This document shows positions 27,081-38,026 of a stretch of 64,000 bases of DNA, piece by piece; position 1 is the first letter of the stretch, and each line of letters starts with the position of its first letter. The stretch spans positions 352,928 through 416,927 of the forward strand of contig JAZKFH010000013.1 in assembly GCA_040386535.1 (NCBI GenBank). Reading direction: 5' to 3'. The stretch comes from Myxococcota bacterium. Its GTDB lineage: Bacteria; Myxococcota_A; UBA796; SXON01. The translations under genes were made by a program, and so were the position numbers. The notes under the pieces are model-generated. The model worked only from the letters and a program-made list of their open reading frames with translations. It was not told the DNA's origin and did not search any database.

Positions 27081-28909
27081 ATGCTGTCGCTGCTCCTCGT
27101 CGCCTCGCTCGCCGCGTCCTCCGCCCACGCCAAGGCGACCGCCTCCTCCGTCGCCGAGGACACCGCCGGCAAGCACACCGCCGACCTCGCGCTCGACGGG
27201 CTCCTCTCGACCGGCTGGGCCGAGGGCGGCATGGGCCACGGAGACGGTTCGTGGTGGGAGTTCGATCTCGCGACGCCGACGAAGCTCGAGGTCGTCTCAT
27301 TCTGGGGCGGCAACCTCTCCCAGGGCAAGAAGTCGTTCCGCGAGTACGCCCGGCCCAAGCTCGTGCGCGTCTTCGTGGACGGCGTGCAGCAGGGCGACAA
27401 GGACGACGCGGGCGAGTTCAAGGGCTTCCGCCTCCAGGACGAGCTCAAGCGCATCGACATCCCGGTCGACGTCGCGGCCGCCAAGAAGGTGCGCATCGAG
27501 GTCGTCGAGAGCTTCGAGGGCATCGTGTTCGCCGACTGCTACCTCTCCGAGGTCGCGATCAACTTCACCGAGGGCGAGCGGGGCCGCGCGGTGGAGAAGG
27601 TCGACGCGTGGCGCGCTGGCAAGGAGGGCGCGAAGCTCCTCGAGAAGCACGAGGCCGAGGTGGTCGAGGCGTTCACCGCGCACATGGCCGACGAGGACGA
27701 GAACGTCGCCCTCGATTTCCTCATGGCCGCCGCGGGTGACGGTCCGACCTACCTCCGCAAGAAGGTCACGTCGCTGGTGCCCGAGGGCTACCGCGCCGCC
27801 GCGATCGTGCCCGACGAAAAGGCGATGGAGGCGATCCTCAAGCTCAAGGATCCGAACGGCATCCCCGGCCTGGAGATGGCGGCGCTCCGCTCGATCGGCA
27901 AGCAGCAGAAGCAGATCCGCGAGAACATCGAGATCTTCTACGCCTACCAGGAGCTCAAGAGCGGCGGGCGGCGCAACATCCGCGCGTGGGGCGAGCCCGG
28001 CTGGGAGGTCGGCGCGCTCCGCAGCTTCGGCGAGCCGACCGCGGTCGAGATCGACCGCTTCGGGCAGATCTACGTGGCCGACGTCGGCAACAACCGCGTG
28101 CAGATGTTCGGCCAGGAGGGCCTCTCCGCGAAGCAGTGGGGCGCCAAGCCCGACATCTCGAACGCGTGGTTCGACGGGCGGCGCACGTGGTACGCGTCCG
28201 GCAGCGGCTCGGGGGAGGAGCAGGGCTCCTTCATCAACCCCGTGGACATCGAGCTCATCCCCGGCAAGGAGGCCGATCGCTTCGCGACGCTGGATGCGAC
28301 CGGCCGCGTGCAGGTGTTCGACGAGGAGGGCCGCCCGCTCATCGGCTGGACCGTGCGCGTCGACCACAAGATGCAGCCCAAGGTGGGCGGCGAGGGCTAC
28401 CTCGCCTGGGTGCCCCAGAAGAAGCAGCTGGTGGTCTTCATCGGCACCACCGCCACGGTGTTCACCCTCGACTCCGAGGAGGTGAACCGCTGGCAGGTGA
28501 AGGACGGCACGCCCAACGCGGTCGAGACCGGCAAGGACGGCAAGCTCTACATGGTGTTCGGCTCGAACATCACCCAGTACGGCACCGATGGTTTCCGCTT
28601 CGCGACGGTCATCGGCGACGACATCCTCGGCGAGGGCTTCGAGGACGTTGATCTGACCAAGGACGAGGCCGGCCGCATCTGGGTGCTCACCGACACCGGC
28701 TGGGTCTTCAACTTCAAGAAGCCGGGCAAGCTCGACTGGAAGGTGAAGGTGAGCGACATCGCGTTCGAACGCCCGCGCTTCGCCGTGTCGCAGGGCATGG
28801 TGTTCGTGACCGACCGCGATCGGCTGGTGAAGGTCGACGCGCTTCAGCTCCGCGCCGACGAGGTCGACGCGAAGAAGGCCGCCGCGGCGGACGCGAAGGC
28901 GGCCAAGTA

Positions 28910-28910
<1 letters not shown>
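27081..28910 (+). CDS. Secreted protein: discoidin/galactose-binding-like domain, helical linker, NHL/beta-propeller
   Basis: Signal peptide; ALDGLLSTGWAEG...G-W, ARPKLV, CYLSEV; IYVADVGNNRVQMF NHL motif. Confidence 0.78.
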
Positions 28911-30253
<1,343 letters not shown>

Positions 30254-30271
30254 TCAGGGCGCTGGGGGCCT

Positions 30272-30871
30272 CTACCCCAGCGATTCGGTCCCGAGGAACC
30301 GCTTCACCGCCTGCACCTGGTTCTCGATCGCCGCGCACGCGGCGAGGCGTGGCAGGTCGAGCGACGGGACGAGCCCGCTTCCGGCGCGTTGCGCGTAGCC
30401 GTGCTCGCCCAGCTCCCAGACCTGGATCTCTCCCGCCTCCCAGATCCAGACCTCGGGGACGCCGAGCCCCTCGTAGATCGGGAGCTTGTCCATCCCACCC
30501 GACGTGAACACGACCTCGATCGCGATGTCCGGGCGCGCCTTCTGGTGTTGCCCGAGGAAGTAGCACTCGTCGGGCTCCAGGCCGCGCTCCTTGGGGGCGC
30601 TGCGGAGGGTCCAGGAGCCCACGCCAGTCAAGTCGACCTCGTTCAGGAAGGCCCAGGTCTCCAGGATGCGCGCGAGGTTCTTCTTCACCCGCTCGTGGTC
30701 GATGGAGGGGCTCATGATCTCGAGCGTGCCGCGGAAGAAGGTGTACCGGGGGGTCGACTTCTCCCCCCGGATGGCGAGCAGGATCTCGTAGTCCGCCCAC
30801 CGCAGCCCGTGCATCATCACGCGCTGGTCCGCGGACGCGGGGATCTCGGCAGGCCGGGCGAAGGCTTCCAT
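30272..30871 (-). CDS. Uma2 family (PD-(D/E)XK-like) endonuclease
   Basis: GTLEIMSPSIDHE, EPDECY, PDIAIEV, KLPIYEGLGVPEVWIW. Confidence 0.92.
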   Translation of the reverse strand: MEAFARPAEIPASADQRVMMHGLRWADYEILLAIRGEKSTPRYTFFRGTLEIMSPSIDHERVKKNLARILETWAFLNEVDLTGVGSWTLRSAPKERGLEPDECYFLGQHQKARPDIAIEVVFTSGGMDKLPIYEGLGVPEVWIWEAGEIQVWELGEHGYAQRAGSGLVPSLDLPRLAACAAIENQVQAVKRFLGTESLG

Positions 30872-30914
30872 CCGTGGATCATAGCCCCCGGGCACCGCCG
30901 GATCCCCCGGCGAG

Positions 30915-31976
30915 CTACTCGGCGCCTTCCTCGGCGTTGATCTCCGCCACGCGGTCCTGAATCCGCTGCTGCGCCTGGGTGACCAGCAGGAGGCGCACGC
31001 CCATCGCCACGCCTTCGATCGCGGAGCCGGGCTCGCCGGCGAGGGCGGCCTCGCCCTGGGCGCGCACGATCGCGGCGCCACGGGGGCGGCCGTGGAAGGT
31101 GAGGGCCACGGCGGTCAGATCGGCCGAGCGGGCGAGCGCGGCGCGGTCCCCGGCGTCGAGCGCGTTGTCGGCGGTCTCGGTGTAGAGGGCCTCGAGCGCG
31201 GCGTCTCGGCCGGCATCGTCCTCAGCGGCGCTCACGACGACGGGCATCTGGTTGATGCCGTGGTTGAGCGCGGCGTTGTCGAGCACGCCGAGGGGCGACA
31301 ACCAGCGGGGGTTCGGATCCTCGCCCTCGTCGACCGGGGTGGGCGCGCTGGCGAGCGGATCGGCGGCGCGGGCGGCCTGGAGCGTGGCGGCGGGCACGTG
31401 CTCGAGAAAGTGGGTCCAGTCGTGCTTGTGCTCGCCGCCGGCGAGGAAGCGCTCGGCGTAGTGCAGGCCGACCAGGTAGGGGACCTCGACGAGATCGCCG
31501 CGGCTGGTCGCCTTCTTCCACACGTCGCGGAGCTCGCCGCGGCCGAGGTGGCCGTGCTGGGTCTCCTTGGCGCGGCCGGCACCGAGGATGATGCCGAGGG
31601 CGCAGTTCCCGCCGGCGTCGCTCGTGGTGATGAGCAGCTCCATGTCGCCCTGCATGTCGGGGAGCGAGAGGAAGGCGCGGGAGGGGAGGGACTCCTCGGT
31701 CTTGCCGAGCACGAACGCGCGCGGGGCCGGGGACTCCTCGATCTTGACACCACGCGACTTGAGCTTGTGGAGCGCCGCCGCGGCGGCCTTCTTGAGCTCC
31801 TTCGGGGCGGTCACCGACTGGAGCGCGCGGGTGTTGCCGAGCGCGCCGGCGGCGGCGATGGCGAGGTGCGGGTCGGGGAGGGCGGCGAGGTCACCCTTGC
31901 CCTCGTGGGCCCACGCGACGGTGGCGGGGTCGGCGGTGCGCGAGACGATGGCGGCGACGGCGGCGGGATCAGACAT
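30915..31976 (-). CDS. Hypothetical protein
   Basis: KELKKAAAAALHKLKSRGV HEAT-like helix; start overlaps the end of maeB. Confidence 0.72.
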   Translation of the reverse strand: MSDPAAVAAIVSRTADPATVAWAHEGKGDLAALPDPHLAIAAAGALGNTRALQSVTAPKELKKAAAAALHKLKSRGVKIEESPAPRAFVLGKTEESLPSRAFLSLPDMQGDMELLITTSDAGGNCALGIILGAGRAKETQHGHLGRGELRDVWKKATSRGDLVEVPYLVGLHYAERFLAGGEHKHDWTHFLEHVPAATLQAARAADPLASAPTPVDEGEDPNPRWLSPLGVLDNAALNHGINQMPVVVSAAEDDAGRDAALEALYTETADNALDAGDRAALARSADLTAVALTFHGRPRGAAIVRAQGEAALAGEPGSAIEGVAMGVRLLLVTQAQQRIQDRVAEINAEEGAE

Positions 31977-34263
31977 GAGAGGGCTCCGAGAGGGCGGCGG
32001 CACGGCGGGACTCCTGCTCGAGCGCCTGGTTTACGGTGATGGCGGCCATGTTGACGATGTCCGAGACGGTCGAGCCGAGCGCCAGGACGTTGACGGGCTG
32101 CGCGGTGCCGACGAGCACCGGGCCGACGGCCGTGGCGCCGCCGAGCTCGCGGAGGAGCTTGTAGGCGATGTTGCCGGCGCCGAGCGTCGGGAAGATGAGG
32201 ACGTTCGCGTCGCCCTGGATGGCCGAGAAGGGGAAGTCCGTGCTCGCCAGCTCGGCGTTCACCGCGGTGTCGGCCTGCATCTCGCCGTCGATGACGAGGG
32301 AGGGCCAGGCCTGGCGTACGATGCCGATGGCCTCCTCGATCTTGTTCACGTCGGGATCGTTGCGGTGCTCGCCGAAGTCCGAGTAGGACAGCATCGCGAC
32401 GCGCGGCGTGTAGCCGAACGACTGGGCGAGGCGCGCGGTGTTGATGGCGATCTGGGCGAGCGTCTTGGCGTCCGGGTTGCGGTTCACCGTGCAGTCGCCG
32501 AAGAACAGCCGGCGCTGCTTGAACAACATCATGTAGACGCCGCTGACCACGGACACGGAGGGCTGGCGGCCGATGATCTGGAGCGCGGGCCGCATGGTCT
32601 CGGCGTAGGCGGCGAGCAGGCCGCCCAGGAGGCCGTCGGCGTCTCCCTCGCGGACCATCATCGAGGCGTAGACCGTGTGGCGGTGGAGCGCGGCGCGGAC
32701 CGCGTTCTGGGTCATGCCCTTGCGCTGGCGGCGCTTCCACAGCGACTCGAGGTACCGCTCGAAGCGGTCGTCCTCGCGCACCTCGGCGATCTCCATGTTG
32801 GAGACGTCGATGTTGTGCTTGGCGGCGCGGTTGAGGATCTTCCACTCCTCGCCCACGAGGATGGGCTTGCAGATGCCCTCGTCGACCAGGATCTGCGCGG
32901 CGCGCAGCACCTTGGGGTTCGACCCCTCGGGGAACACGATGCGGCGCGGGTTCAGGCGCGCCCGGTTCATCATCGGGCGGAGGATCTCCTTGCTGCGGGC
33001 CATGAGGCGCTCGAGGCGCTCCCGGTACGCGTCGAGATCGGCGATGGGCAGCCGCGCCACACCCGAGGCCGCCGCCGCCTCGGCCACCGCGGGTGCCACC
33101 CAGAGGAGCACGCGCGGATCGAACGGCTTGGGGATGATGTAGTCGGGCCCGAACTGCAGGCTGGTGAGGCCGTAGGCGGAGAGGACCTCGTCCGGCACGT
33201 CCTCCTTCGCGAGCGCCGCGAGGGCGCGCACCGCCGCGACCTTCATCTCCTCGTTGATCGCGCGGGCCCGGCAGTCGAGCGCGCCGCGGAACAGGAAGGG
33301 GAAGCCGAGGACGTTGTTGACCATGTTCGGATAGTCCGAGCGCCCGGTCGCGATGATCGCCTCGGGGACCGCGGCCTTGGCGTCCTCGTAGGTGATCTCG
33401 GGGTTCGGGTTCGCCATCGCGAACACGATGGGGCGGGGCCGCATCGCCTTGAGCATGTCCCCCTTGAGCACGCCGCCGACGGAGAGGCCGATGAACACGT
33501 CGGCGCCGATGAGCACCTCGGTCAACGTCCGCGGGACGGTGCCCTGCGCGTAGCAGCTCTTCTCCGGGAAGTTGTGCTCCTTGCGGCCCTCGTACACGAG
33601 GCCCTCGGAGTCGCACATCCAGATGTTCGAGTGCCGGAACCCGAGGCTCACGAGCAGGTTCGCGGTGGCGATGGCGGCGGCGCCGGCGCCGGAGAAGACC
33701 ACCTTCGTCTCGGCGATGTCGCGCTCGGTCAGGGCGGTCGCGTTGAGCATCCCCGCGGCGGCGATGATCGCGGTGCCGTGCTGATCGTCGTGGAACACCG
33801 GGATGTCGAGGATCTTCTGGAGCTCCCGCTCGATGTGGAAGCAGTCGGGGCTCTTGATGTCCTCGAGGTTGATCCCGCCGAAGCTCGGGGCGATCGCCTT
33901 GACGGCCGCGATGACCTCCTCGGCGGTGGGCGCGTCGAGCTCGATGTCGACGCTGTCGATGTCGGCGAACTTCTTGAAGAGGTTGGACTTGCCCTCCATC
34001 ACCGGCTTGCCGGCGAGGGGGCCGATGTTGCCGAGCCCGAGCACAGCGGTGCCGTTGGTCACGACGGCGACCAGGTTGCCCTTGGCAGTGTACTTGTACG
34101 CGTCGTCCGGGTTGCGGAAGATGGCGAGGCAGGGCTCGGCGACACCCGGCGTGTAGGCCAGCGACAGGTCGCGCTGCGTCAAGAGCGGCTTGGTGGGCAC
34201 GATCTCGATCTTTCCGGGCCGGCCCTCGGAATGGTAGTCGAGGGCGTCGGACTTGAGGCTCAC
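31969..34263 (-). CDS. maeB: NADP-dependent malic enzyme / phosphotransacetylase-like fusion
   Basis: ALDYH...PGKIE, LSLAYTPGVA, GTAVLGLGNIG, FHDDQHGTAI, ATGRSDYPN, DGEMQAD, GNIAYKL. GTG start at 34263 gives 764 aa. Confidence 0.96.
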   Translation of the reverse strand: MSLKSDALDYHSEGRPGKIEIVPTKPLLTQRDLSLAYTPGVAEPCLAIFRNPDDAYKYTAKGNLVAVVTNGTAVLGLGNIGPLAGKPVMEGKSNLFKKFADIDSVDIELDAPTAEEVIAAVKAIAPSFGGINLEDIKSPDCFHIERELQKILDIPVFHDDQHGTAIIAAAGMLNATALTERDIAETKVVFSGAGAAAIATANLLVSLGFRHSNIWMCDSEGLVYEGRKEHNFPEKSCYAQGTVPRTLTEVLIGADVFIGLSVGGVLKGDMLKAMRPRPIVFAMANPNPEITYEDAKAAVPEAIIATGRSDYPNMVNNVLGFPFLFRGALDCRARAINEEMKVAAVRALAALAKEDVPDEVLSAYGLTSLQFGPDYIIPKPFDPRVLLWVAPAVAEAAAASGVARLPIADLDAYRERLERLMARSKEILRPMMNRARLNPRRIVFPEGSNPKVLRAAQILVDEGICKPILVGEEWKILNRAAKHNIDVSNMEIAEVREDDRFERYLESLWKRRQRKGMTQNAVRAALHRHTVYASMMVREGDADGLLGGLLAAYAETMRPALQIIGRQPSVSVVSGVYMMLFKQRRLFFGDCTVNRNPDAKTLAQIAINTARLAQSFGYTPRVAMLSYSDFGEHRNDPDVNKIEEAIGIVRQAWPSLVIDGEMQADTAVNAELASTDFPFSAIQGDANVLIFPTLGAGNIAYKLLRELGGATAVGPVLVGTAQPVNVLALGSTVSDIVNMAAITVNQALEQESRRAAALSEPSHV

Positions 34264-34303
34264 GGGGGGCTCCGCTGGGACCCACGTGACTAACCCGTTG
34301 GCG

Positions 34304-34633
34304 TCACGCCTCGATCGTCTCTCCCCACGCCCGGACGATCTGGAGCTCGCCGCCGTGGACGAGCTCGGCGTTGGGCGATCCGCAGACGGGGCAGGGGTGC
34401 TCGTCGTGGGGGTACTCGGCGCCGCAGTCCTTGCACTTGAGCAAGGCGTCGACCACGGTGATCTGCACCTCGACGCGCGGGAGCATGGCGCACAACATGG
34501 CGCGGAGCTGCTCGGGATCCAGCTCGACCATCTTGCCCACCTGCACCTCGATCCCGACCAGACGGAAACCGCTGGCGGGCAGCTGCGCGTTGAGACCTTC
34601 GAGGAGCTGACCGGCGAGTTCCGTGAGCGACAT
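34304..34633 (-). CDS. hypA: HypA/HybF-like zinc-ribbon protein lacking the N-terminal MHE motif
   Basis: VGKMVELDPEQL, CKDCG...CPVCGS, HGGELQIV match the HypA pattern; N-terminus is MSLTEL. Confidence 0.75.
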   Translation of the reverse strand: MSLTELAGQLLEGLNAQLPASGFRLVGIEVQVGKMVELDPEQLRAMLCAMLPRVEVQITVVDALLKCKDCGAEYPHDEHPCPVCGSPNAELVHGGELQIVRAWGETIEA

Positions 34634-34749
34634 CCGCCCAGTCTATCGGCGCCGGGATCGGGCGGCTCCACCGGCACTCGAAGGAGGGGCCCGAAGCGGG
34701 GAGCGGCCGCATCGGCACCGCTACGGTGGTTATTCCAGTGGTTCCCTCC

Positions 34750-37035
34750 ATGACGCTGCTCCCTCCCGACGGCACCATCACGGCGCTGCTCGGCCCCACC
34801 AACACCGGCAAGACGCACCGCGCCATCCAGCGCATGCTGTTGCACCGCAGTGGGATGATCGGGTTGCCCCTGCGCTTGTTGGCGCGGGAGGTCTACGATC
34901 GCATCACGGCCGAGAAGGGCGAGCAGGCGGTCGCGCTGGTCACGGGCGAGGAGAAGCGCATCCCCGCGAACCCGAAGTGGTTCGTGTGCACGGTCGAGGC
35001 GATGCCGGTCGACCGACAGGTGGCGTTCCTCGCGGTGGACGAGATCCAGCTCGCCGGGGATCGGAACCGCGGGCACGTCTTCACCGACCGGCTCCTGAAC
35101 GCGCGCGGGGTCCGCGAGACGATGTTCCTCGGCAGCGACACGATCGCGCCGCTGCTCGAGCGCCTCGTCCCCACCGCGCAGATCGAGCGGCAGGCGCGCT
35201 TCTCCAAGCTCTCGCACCTCGGGTACCGCAAGCTCGGCGCCCTGCCGAAGCGCACCGCGATCGTGGCCTTCTCCGCGGCCGAGGTCTACGTGCTCGCCGA
35301 GCGCCTGCGCGCCCGCCACGGGGGCACCGCGGTGGTGCTCGGCGCCCTGTCCCCGCGCACGCGCAACGCGCAGGTGGCGATGTACCAGTCCGGTGAGGTG
35401 CCCTACCTCGTCGCGACCGACGCGATCGGCATGGGCCTGAACATGGACATCGAGCACGTCGCGTTCTCGGCGGCCCGCAAGTTCGACGGCACGGGGTTTC
35501 GCGGGCTCACCCCCGCCGAGACCGCGCAGATCGCGGGGCGCGCGGGGCGGTTCCGCCGCGACGGCACGTTCGGGGCCACGGGCGAGCTCGGCGGGCTCGA
35601 TCAGGACGTGATCCACGCCGTGGAGAGCCACGCCTTCGCGCCGCTCAAGAAGTTGTGGTGGCGCAGCTCGGAGCTCGACTTCAGCTCGGTCGACGCGTTG
35701 CGGGAGAGCCTCGGCGCGCGCGCGCCCGCCGGTTTTCTCGCCCCCGCGCGGGAGGAGGAGGACGAGCGCGCGCTGCACGCCCTGGCCGGCATCCCCGAGG
35801 TGCGCCTCGCGGCCCGGCATCCCGACGACGTGCGCCTGCTGTGGGAGGTGTGCCAGGTCCCCGACTTCCGCAAGCTGCTCACCGACGCGCACGTGCAGCT
35901 CCTCGCGCGCATCTTCGGCCACCTGTCCGGGTCGGGCGTGATCCCCGGCGCGTGGATCGGCCGCCAGCTCGAACAGCTCGACCGGGCGGACGGAGACCTC
36001 GACCTGTTGATGACCCGCCTCGCCCACGTCCGCACGTGGACCTACGTGTCGAGCCGCTCGGCGTGGCTGGACGATGCGCTGGGGTGGCAGGGGCGCGCCC
36101 GGGCCATCGAGGATCGGCTCTCCGACGCGCTCCACGCCGAGCTCACCCAGCGCTTCGTGGACCGCCGGGCGCTGGTGCTCGGCGCCTCTCCGAGCGGCGC
36201 GGTTGGCGAGCGCGGCGAGGTGCGTGTGGGCGGCTATGTCGTCGGCACGCTGGTCGGGCTCACGTGGACCGCGCAGGACGCCGATCGCCTCTCGGAGCGC
36301 GCGGCCCGGGAGACCCTGGCGGGCGAGCTCGCGGAGCGGGTGGAGCGCGCCGTCGCCGCGACCCACGACGCGTTCACGCTCGACGACGAGGGGCAGGTGC
36401 GCTGGGAGGGCGGCGTGGTGGCGCGGCTCGTGGCGGGGCCGGGCGTGCTGGAGCCGGGCCTGAAGATGGCGCGCCACGATCTACTCTCGCCCTCGGCGCT
36501 CCAGCGGGTCCAGCGTCGTGTAACCGCGTTCGTTCGGGACTGGGTGGCGGCGGTGGTCGCGCCCCTCCACGGCCGCGAGGCGGACGGCCTCCACGGCCCT
36601 GCGCAGGGCCTGATCTACGCGCTGACCCAGGGCCTCGGCGTCGTGACCGCGGGGGACGTGGCGGACCTGGTGCGGGCCGTTCCCGAGCGCGACCGGCGCG
36701 TGCTCTCCCGCCTCGGCGTGCGGTTCGGCGTGGAGCACGTCTGGGCCCTGCCCCTGCTCCCGGGCGCGCGGGAGCACGCCATCCTCTGGCGGGTGCTCCA
36801 CCCGGGTGACACGCGCTCCCCGGGCTTCCACCGCGCCGTGGGGACGCCGATCGTAGGGGGGGTGCCCGTTCCGGTCGAGGCCCTGGAGGCGTTCGCCGCG
36901 AAGGCCCGCGCGGGCGCGCGCGGCGGCACGTTCTCGACGCCGGAGGGGCTCTCCCCGTCCGAAGCGAGCGCGGTGTTGGAGGGGCTCGGGTACCGGCGCC
37001 AGGGGGAGTTCTGGACGAGGGGACGGCGGCGGTAG
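34750..37035 (+). CDS. SUV3/MgpS-like SF2 helicase
   Basis: GPTNTGKT, PLRLLAREVY, VDEIQ, ATDAIGMGLNM, QIAGRAGR, LSDALHAELTQRFVDRR. Confidence 0.93.
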   Translation: MTLLPPDGTITALLGPTNTGKTHRAIQRMLLHRSGMIGLPLRLLAREVYDRITAEKGEQAVALVTGEEKRIPANPKWFVCTVEAMPVDRQVAFLAVDEIQLAGDRNRGHVFTDRLLNARGVRETMFLGSDTIAPLLERLVPTAQIERQARFSKLSHLGYRKLGALPKRTAIVAFSAAEVYVLAERLRARHGGTAVVLGALSPRTRNAQVAMYQSGEVPYLVATDAIGMGLNMDIEHVAFSAARKFDGTGFRGLTPAETAQIAGRAGRFRRDGTFGATGELGGLDQDVIHAVESHAFAPLKKLWWRSSELDFSSVDALRESLGARAPAGFLAPAREEEDERALHALAGIPEVRLAARHPDDVRLLWEVCQVPDFRKLLTDAHVQLLARIFGHLSGSGVIPGAWIGRQLEQLDRADGDLDLLMTRLAHVRTWTYVSSRSAWLDDALGWQGRARAIEDRLSDALHAELTQRFVDRRALVLGASPSGAVGERGEVRVGGYVVGTLVGLTWTAQDADRLSERAARETLAGELAERVERAVAATHDAFTLDDEGQVRWEGGVVARLVAGPGVLEPGLKMARHDLLSPSALQRVQRRVTAFVRDWVAAVVAPLHGREADGLHGPAQGLIYALTQGLGVVTAGDVADLVRAVPERDRRVLSRLGVRFGVEHVWALPLLPGAREHAILWRVLHPGDTRSPGFHRAVGTPIVGGVPVPVEALEAFAAKARAGARGGTFSTPEGLSPSEASAVLEGLGYRRQGEFWTRGRRR

Positions 37036-37045
37036 GGCGCCTGTC

Positions 37046-38026
37046 CTATTCCCGCAGCGCGAACGTACAGACCGGCACGCCGGCCACCACGTGCGTGCGC
37101 TCGGCGAGGCTCACCACGAAGCCGGTGTCCTCGGCGTGGATCTCCTCGAGCAGGGCACCCGACAGCGCGCGGATCTCGGCCACGAGATCCCCCCGTTCGA
37201 GGAGCGTGCCGGGCGCCACACGCGGCACGAGCACGCCGGTGGAGGAGGCGCGCGGCCCGCTGTCCCGCCGCCAGGGGCCGCCCTCGACACGCGTCGTGTG
37301 CGCGGTGGCCGGGGCCTCCACCATGCCGAGCGCGTGCAACATGCCGAGCACCGCGTTCGTGGCGGTCTCGACCGCGGCCGTGTCGAGGTAGAGCCGCGGA
37401 CCAGCCTCGATCGTGACGGCGGGCACCTGCAGACGGTTGAGCACGGCGCCGGTGAGCGAGCGATCGAGCCGGTACCGGGCGTAGCGGTCCTCCGGGTACT
37501 CGTGGAGCACCGTCAGGCCGCTGCTCGTCGCGATTGCGCGCGCGCCCGCCTCCAGCGCGCCGCGGTTGGCATGGCGCAGGCCCGTAGCGCGGTCGAGCAG
37601 GGCATAGGGGAGGGAGGCCGGGGCGTCGGTGTGCAGGTCGACGACGAGGTCGGGGGTGTGCGCGCAGAGGTCGGTCCACACGGCGTGCGCGAGGCGCTCC
37701 GACGGGCTCCCGGCGGCGTCCCCGGGGAACAGGCGGTTCAGGTCCTGGTCGTCCTCCGGCACCTTCCGCGAGCGCCGCTCGAGCCCCTCGGGGTTGAGGG
37801 TCGGGTAGAGGTGGACGGTGCCCCGCAGGAGCATGGCATCGAGGATTGGCAGCAGGCGCAGGACGGCGCCGATGCCGGTGCACTCGTCGCCGTGCACGTT
37901 CGCCGCGATGACGACGACGGGCCCCTTCTCGCCGGCGCGGCGTCGCTCTGCGGGCGCGGCGATCGTGATGAGCGTCAGGTCCATGCCCCGGCTGCCGAGC
38001 GCGATCCGGGAGACGGTGCGCGGCAC
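37046..38026 (-). CDS. Succinylglutamate desuccinylase/aspartoacylase (M14) family protein
   Basis: NVHGDE, LNP, DLNRLFPG, VDLHT, TIEAG. Alternative ATG start at 37984. Confidence 0.9.
   Translation of the reverse strand: MPRTVSRIALGSRGMDLTLITIAAPAERRRAGEKGPVVVIAANVHGDECTGIGAVLRLLPILDAMLLRGTVHLYPTLNPEGLERRSRKVPEDDQDLNRLFPGDAAGSPSERLAHAVWTDLCAHTPDLVVDLHTDAPASLPYALLDRATGLRHANRGALEAGARAIATSSGLTVLHEYPEDRYARYRLDRSLTGAVLNRLQVPAVTIEAGPRLYLDTAAVETATNAVLGMLHALGMVEAPATAHTTRVEGGPWRRDSGPRASSTGVLVPRVAPGTLLERGDLVAEIRALSGALLEEIHAEDTGFVVSLAERTHVVAGVPVCTFALRE

Noticed and set aside
30272..30871. Uma2 gene as a mobile element or restriction system
   Set aside because: No terminal repeats, transposase or methyltransferase. 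Solitary Uma2 genes are common.
31969..36477. 1502-aa ORF suggesting a giant MaeB fusion
   Set aside because: The upstream half is the antisense shadow of the SUV3-like helicase and overlaps the hypA-like gene. MaeB homology begins at GTG 34263.
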